IMG/VR virus record: IMGVR_UViG_3300028833_000057
Coordinates: 1 to 64,000 of that record
DNA: 64,000 nt
Source of the DNA: a virus
Lineage: Duplodnaviria > Caudoviricetes
Reading direction: 5' to 3' (one strand)
Every line of letters begins with the position of its first letter. Positions within the stretch are counted from its first letter, which is position 1. Made by a program: the position numbers and the translations under genes. The notes beneath the pieces were generated by a model. That model did not search any database. It was not told the DNA's origin and saw only the letters and a program-made list of their open reading frames with translations. This document shows, piece after piece, positions 59,459 through 64,000 of the stretch.

Positions 59459-59965
59459 TTAAGAATTTCCTACAACTTGCTTGACATTATCATCTAGATT
59501 TTTTCTTGATGAGTATAAATGGAATAGTGAAAGATATATTTTTTTATTTTGTTCATAAATAATAAATTTTATCTTTCTTTTTAAGTTAGCAGAAATTACA
59601 TTTACACTATTATCATGCAAGAATTTATCAAGATGTTTAAATTTATACATATACTTAACTTGACAAACATCTAACTGTAATTCATCACATTTATCTATAG
59701 CTTCACTAAATGGTTCAAAATTAGCGAGCATTATAAAATCTTCAAATGAGTGAATATTCAACACTGAATCAACTTCTTTGAGATCCATGATGTCGAAACC
59801 GGCATCATTGGCAAATATAGCATTTGTTCCTGAAGTAAAATTATATAAACAATTTTCATGATCCTTTAATACTTCAAAGAACGGCATAGTAGAAGAGAGA
59901 TTATTTATCTTCTTGCCTAATTTCAAAGCTTTAGTACACATCATTTCAAGATTGCAGTTGTTCAT
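59459..59965 (-). CDS. Hypothetical protein
   Basis: Start moved to MNNCN with AAAGGA RBS. Confidence 0.7.
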   Translation of the reverse strand: MNNCNLEMMCTKALKLGKKINNLSSTMPFFEVLKDHENCLYNFTSGTNAIFANDAGFDIMDLKEVDSVLNIHSFEDFIMLANFEPFSEAIDKCDELQLDVCQVKYMYKFKHLDKFLHDNSVNVISANLKRKIKFIIYEQNKKIYLSLFHLYSSRKNLDDNVKQVVGNS

Positions 59966-59999
59966 GACTTTCCTTTGTAACAGTTGCAATATAAGGTTC

Positions 60000-60518
60000 T
60001 TATGACCAGAATATCAATATTTGTAGTAAATTAACTACTAATACTATGCTATGAAGCCATGCATATGATTTTTTAGTTAATAGCTTTTTATAGCAGAATG
60101 TCAAACTAATACCTAATAAGACGGTAATTCCAAATACTGTATACGTTAATATTGTCTTATCAAAGTATAATGCTAAACATGTTAGCAACGATGCAATTAC
60201 AATATGCCTTAGACATATAGATACGAGAAGTAATTCCAAACCAGTAGATAGATAAAACATTGTAGACAATTTAATGAAACTTGTTTTGGCTTCAAATGAA
60301 GTATCTTCTTCAAAACTTTTTAACTGGACTACATAATTTTCATAAGGTAGTTCGGGTGTTTTATGAGTTAATCTATCATAAAGAAGACTCTTTGCCATAG
60401 TGTATGCTTCTTCAGTAGTATTAGCTCTAACCTTTATATTTTCTTCAAATTCTTCTATTAGAATATCATCTGTATACAAAGATACATTATAAATCGCTTC
60501 AAATGGAGTGGATGGCAT
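60000..60518 (-). CDS. Membrane protein (about 3-4 C-terminal TM segments)
   Basis: Hydrophobic stretches in the C-terminal half. Confidence 0.7.
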   Translation of the reverse strand: MPSTPFEAIYNVSLYTDDILIEEFEENIKVRANTTEEAYTMAKSLLYDRLTHKTPELPYENYVVQLKSFEEDTSFEAKTSFIKLSTMFYLSTGLELLLVSICLRHIVIASLLTCLALYFDKTILTYTVFGITVLLGISLTFCYKKLLTKKSYAWLHSIVLVVNLLQILIFWS

Positions 60519-60558
60519 ATTTCTAACTTTCTATTGAATTTAACAAGGATTTTGTATT

Positions 60559-60990
60559 ATGACTGACGCACAGTTAACATCTTTAGTTTCAACTTACTCT
60601 GCTTCAGATGTAGTAGAGTTTATCAATAAATACGTTCATAAGATATATCTTGACCCATCGTCTTCAATTAATATTTCATGCGATTTTGATTATAATAAGA
60701 AAGAGGTCATTGATCAAGTGCATTATTGCACCGATTATAGCGATGGTATGCTAACGCTAGTTCCAGCCGATGACACAATGATGGCTAGGATGTACTATAA
60801 TAAGCATGTTAGTATTGAAGCCATTCGTGAGTTTGAATGTTATGCAACTGTTCAGAATGAATATATGAAGGAAGCAATTAGAAAGGCTAAGGAGCTTAAA
60901 TTGGCTAATAAGAAGCCTTACTTAACAAAACCTGTTAATTATCAGGCTTTGTCTGATTCTAAGTCTTATCCTCCGGCTTCTGAAGGGTAA
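60559..60990 (+). CDS. Hypothetical protein
   Basis: 143 aa; late motif AACTTTCTATTG at 60525-60536; AAGGA RBS. Confidence 0.75.
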   Translation: MTDAQLTSLVSTYSASDVVEFINKYVHKIYLDPSSSINISCDFDYNKKEVIDQVHYCTDYSDGMLTLVPADDTMMARMYYNKHVSIEAIREFECYATVQNEYMKEAIRKAKELKLANKKPYLTKPVNYQALSDSKSYPPASEG

Positions 60991-60996
60991 AAAAGA

Positions 60997-61022
60997 AGGT
61001 AGTATGGAAAACCATACTACCT
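60997..61022. terminator. Bidirectional terminator
   Basis: aggtagtatgg-aaaa-ccatactacct between convergent genes. Confidence 0.8.
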
Positions 61023-61033
61023 CTTTATTTGAG

Positions 61034-61828
61034 CTACTTAAGAAGGTTAGAAGCACGGGCAAGATTCTTCTCTTCACGACGCTTCTGTTTTTCTTTCTGC
61101 TTATCCAGATTATTTACAACCTTCTCCAAATGTTCCTTATAAAGTGGCCAGATGTATTCTGTATCATGCTTATTAGGAATGACAACTACATTACCTTCAG
61201 CATCTTGACCACGTTCACCTGCGACAAACTTACCATCCTTGTCGAAGGAGCAAACTTTCTTGATTTCATTCAAAACTCTCACAGCCTTAATTTCTTCGTG
61301 AGGGCCAATGAAACAAATTAATCCGTTAGGTTCACGGAAACAGCAGGGCTTCTGATAATGCCCGAAATAGAATCCTGCAAAGTTAAGACTGTATTCAGTC
61401 ACTAGGCTATTAAACCAATTCTCAATAGACTCCAAGAACTGTTTTGCAGATTCATTAGTAAGGTTATCCATTCCTTCAACATTTTCGCCAAGGAACTTCT
61501 TAAAAGATTCAATGATCTTATTTCTACCAATTCTCTTAGACTTAGCTTCCTCTTCTTCTTTAGCAGCTTTTTCAGCAGCACGCTTAAGAGAGAATTTCTT
61601 TACCTTTTCGGCATTGGAAACTTTCTTGACTGGTTTTTCTTCTACTACAGGAGCTTCATCCTTAGGTTCTTCATCGAGTACTTCTTCGGCGTCATCATTG
61701 TCTTCGCCTGCATCTTCTTCGACTTCACTTTCAGCATGAACTTCAGCTACAATCTTTTCTTCATCAGCTTCCTCGGGTTCAACCGGTTTCGGTGCAGCCT
61801 TTGCGGAAGTTCTGGGTTTGAGATTCAT
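61034..61828 (-). CDS. Divergent HU/IHF-like protein with acidic disordered N-terminus
   Basis: Central helix-helix-strand-arm pattern (RNKIIESF...AKQFLESIE...SLNFAGFYF...REPNG); start MNLKP; TATATTAA at 61899-61906. Confidence 0.5.
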   Translation of the reverse strand: MNLKPRTSAKAAPKPVEPEEADEEKIVAEVHAESEVEEDAGEDNDDAEEVLDEEPKDEAPVVEEKPVKKVSNAEKVKKFSLKRAAEKAAKEEEEAKSKRIGRNKIIESFKKFLGENVEGMDNLTNESAKQFLESIENWFNSLVTEYSLNFAGFYFGHYQKPCCFREPNGLICFIGPHEEIKAVRVLNEIKKVCSFDKDGKFVAGERGQDAEGNVVVIPNKHDTEYIWPLYKEHLEKVVNNLDKQKEKQKRREEKNLARASNLLK

Positions 61829-61929
61829 AGTTTTATTCCTTTGCAATTGTTTGTAATAATTATAATTAATACATACAATCTTGCGATTGTACCAGAATTT
61901 AATATATAAATATAAGATTTAAGAAATAA

Positions 61930-62072
61930 AAAAAAAATAGTGGCAAGGAACCAGGGAGAGTTCCTTGCCACTTTGTCCTCGCCATTATAGTGTTGTGGTA
62001 AAATGTGCGTAGGACTTTTTCCAAGGAGCCATCCTTAGAAAACTTTTTAGACTTATTATAAAGTCTATCACA
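61930..62072 (-). ncRNA. Putative ~140-nt four-hairpin small RNA (early promoter to terminator)
   Basis: TATATTAA at 62075-62082; consecutive hairpins; 13-bp terminator at 61939-61972 plus T10; no RBS-supported ORF. Confidence 0.55.
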
Positions 62073-62177
62073 TTTTAATATAATATTAAAACGTATAATA
62101 TTACATTTATATGTTATTCTATAAAACTCAACTAAATATTGTAATGAAGTCTTTTCTTACTTATAAGGCACCCCCAA

Positions 62178-62369
62178 ATGAAACACTATAAATATATGCT
62201 TAATGCAGATTATTTGGTAATAGATATCGAAACGGATGAGATATCTATGGCAGATAGAGACTTTGATAATAAGCTACTATCTGATGATATGGACTATGAA
62301 ACAGAGATGTATGACATCCCAGATCCATGGTTTAGATCTTTCTTTGACAATATTTATGAGTGTACTTAG
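62178..62369 (+). CDS. Small highly acidic protein
   Basis: 63 aa, Asp/Glu-rich; late motif AACTAAATATTG at 62130-62141. Confidence 0.6.
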   Translation: MKHYKYMLNADYLVIDIETDEISMADRDFDNKLLSDDMDYETEMYDIPDPWFRSFFDNIYECT

Positions 62370-62392
62370 CGTAGATTTCCGTAAGAAGATTA

Positions 62393-62455
62393 TATATTAA
62401 GGTTTGGATGAAATAGGATATGGTGTGGTACCATATCCTAAAACAAACATCCAAA
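62393..62455 (+). promoter_or_regulatory. Early promoter TATATTAA plus long 5' leader hairpin
   Basis: tttggatg..taggatatgg/ccatatccta..catccaaa ending at the AAGGAG RBS. Confidence 0.55.
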
Positions 62456-62466
62456 AGGAGCCATCT

Positions 62467-62691
62467 ATGGAACTGGAAATTATTTCCGCAATTCTTTTCG
62501 CAGCAGGATTTCTTGGTGCCCTTCGAAAGAAGGCAGCATATGGAGTTCTTGTTATCATTTGTTCCATCATTTTCCGTGCTAATAGTGATGTTGGCACCGA
62601 TCTCTGGTGGGCATCATGCTTGTTCATCCTAGTCGGTGCAGGAATGGTTACATTCTTGCCTATCAAGAATGAAGAAAAAGAAGAAGCATAA
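62467..62691 (+). CDS. Small membrane protein (about 3 TM)
   Basis: Start moved to MELEII (AAGGAG RBS); hydrophobic. Confidence 0.7.
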   Translation: MELEIISAILFAAGFLGALRKKAAYGVLVIICSIIFRANSDVGTDLWWASCLFILVGAGMVTFLPIKNEEKEEA

Positions 62692-62710
62692 AGCTTCTTC
62701 TTTTTTTTTT
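62676..62710. terminator. Bidirectional terminator
   Basis: aaaagaagaagc/gcttcttctttt plus long T run. Confidence 0.75.
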
Positions 62711-62715
62711 GTAAA

Positions 62716-63396
62716 TTAATCAGAACTCTTTGAAGAATCAGAAGATGAAGAATCAGAAGAACCGGTATCTTCTTCGTCTTTAGCTTCCTCAACCTTGGCA
62801 GTCACGACAGACATAAGGACATTGCCCTGCATACCAGTAATAGTAGCCTGAATCATAAATTCAGATGTAGCTGGAAGACCATCATGAGCCGGAGTAACAA
62901 CTTCAACTCTCTTAACAACTACTTCCGCATTTTCCACCGCGACTTCACGAATTTCAAAACCGTCAGCAGCCTGTAAGAAAAGTTCCTTATCTTCAGCAGG
63001 CTTCTTTGCCTTACCAGATTTAGAATCAATAAAGCAGTCAGTAACATCGATATCCTCTGGGTCACCTAGGGAATCGACATCCTCGCCAACCTTAAAGTTT
63101 AAATCACCAACAAATGTAATCTTCTTAGTGGCATTGGCTTCGCGTACAATAGATTCGATATTATCAAGATCCTTAAAGTCGTCAATGACCTGATCATCAA
63201 TACTGAGTACAGAAAGATTTTTGTATTTAAGGAACATGCCGTTATTGCGACCATTAACTTTCTGCTGAACGCTCATACCATCTTTCTGAGATTCAACGGA
63301 AAGAGCTTCACCCATATAAATGGTTTCCATAGGAACTTCAGCATTAGCTTTCTTATCCCAGAACTTTTCTGTAAATTTGGCTATAACCTTAATCAT
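62716..63396 (-). CDS. Hypothetical protein with Ser/Asp tail, paralogous N-terminus to 63396-63794
   Basis: MIKVIAKFTEK vs MINVAVKYTER; shared LS(I/V)(D/N)D..ID.F. Confidence 0.75.
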   Translation of the reverse strand: MIKVIAKFTEKFWDKKANAEVPMETIYMGEALSVESQKDGMSVQQKVNGRNNGMFLKYKNLSVLSIDDQVIDDFKDLDNIESIVREANATKKITFVGDLNFKVGEDVDSLGDPEDIDVTDCFIDSKSGKAKKPAEDKELFLQAADGFEIREVAVENAEVVVKRVEVVTPAHDGLPATSEFMIQATITGMQGNVLMSVVTAKVEEAKDEEDTGSSDSSSSDSSKSSD

Positions 63397-63794
63397 TATC
63401 CTTCACCTCCTTCAGTAACATCTGAATCAGCATTGCTACCGTCATCAGTGCTACTACCTTCTTCATCCGCAGTAGAGCTACCACCTTCATCATCTGCGCT
63501 GGAAGAATCACTACTATCACTAGAGCTAGAATCATCGCTACCAGTAGGAGCGAGAGCTTTTGTAATAGCTTCCATTGTAAATGTGTCAATAGCAACATCA
63601 TTAACAGAAAGAGAAATCATAGTATCGTAGAAGAAAGAACAAGCCTTGCCTCTAGAATCTTTAACAGCCAGCATTGTAGGAAGTGCTATAACACTTGAAC
63701 AATCCATGACCTTAGTGTGTTCCAGAGTATCGTAAATATCGCCAGTATTTTCGACGACACCACGCTCTGTATATTTAACAGCTACATTAATCAT
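63396..63794 (-). CDS. Hypothetical protein with acidic Ser-rich tail
   Basis: 132 aa, AAGGA RBS, TAATG coupling to the next gene. Confidence 0.75.
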   Translation of the reverse strand: MINVAVKYTERGVVENTGDIYDTLEHTKVMDCSSVIALPTMLAVKDSRGKACSFFYDTMISLSVNDVAIDTFTMEAITKALAPTGSDDSSSSDSSDSSSADDEGGSSTADEEGSSTDDGSNADSDVTEGGEG

Positions 63795-63798
63795 AGTG

Positions 63799-64000
63799 TT
63801 ATCCTTTTTGTATAGTTACATAGTGTACAGTTATAAAAGTGTCTTCTTTGACAATGAATGTATATTGTAGCATCTTATCATCACTTCCGGCATCAGGATG
63901 AATAGGATTGCCATTGACAAATACCTGTAATATTTTTGTATGATCCGATGCAGTAACAATAATAGAGCATTTATTTCCACGTTTAACTTCAGGAAGGTAT
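63799..64000 (-). CDS. 3' part of a gene with an Ig-like beta-sandwich end (..KILQVFVNG...YTFIVKEDTFITVHY..)
   Basis: Open frame from the window edge to TAA at 63799-63801. Confidence 0.55.
   Translation of the reverse strand, partial: YLPEVKRGNKCSIIVTASDHTKILQVFVNGNPIHPDAGSDDKMLQYTFIVKEDTFITVHYVTIQKG

Noticed and set aside
63821-63832. Late motif AACTGTACACTA upstream of 63794
   Set aside because: Loose match lying inside the upstream coding frame; expected by chance
1-64000. Stop-codon reassignment, introns or inteins, tRNA/rRNA genes
   Set aside because: Genes tile densely under the standard code using all three stops; RNAP motifs are contiguous; no cloverleaf or rRNA-like sequence noticed by eye

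Overview
AT-rich, gene-dense 64-kb segment of a jumbo phage of the phiKZ/AR9(PBS1)-like group that encodes multisubunit RNA polymerases. It carries split RNAP subunits: a beta'-N piece with the catalytic DYDGD motif (5679-7058), a long beta piece (43540-48144) and a short beta C-terminal piece (9357-10088). It also has an ~18-kb tail-fibre/receptor-binding cluster interleaved with glycosyltransferases and a radical SAM gene, baseplate/virion genes, a tape-measure-like protein with an M15 peptidase domain, an M15 endolysin, RusA, a guanylate-kinase-like gene, an HU-like gene and many hypotheticals. Two recurring intergenic motifs look like phage promoters: TATATTAA (early-type, usually followed by a 5' hairpin) and AACW-N6-TR (same pattern as the AR9 late promoter). 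Almost every transcription unit ends in a near-perfect hairpin. A Ser-rich lipoprotein tentatively suggests a Fibrobacter-like host. The most notable observations are: (1) consecutive fibre genes whose C-terminal motif type predicts the N-terminal motif type of the next gene, suggesting head-to-tail docking; (2) three promoter-to-terminator units with no credible ORF, two of which display the same anti-Shine-Dalgarno-like UCCUUGUGU sequence; (3) glycosyltransferase and radical SAM genes coupled to the fibre genes. All functional calls come from motif recognition by eye; no searches were run.
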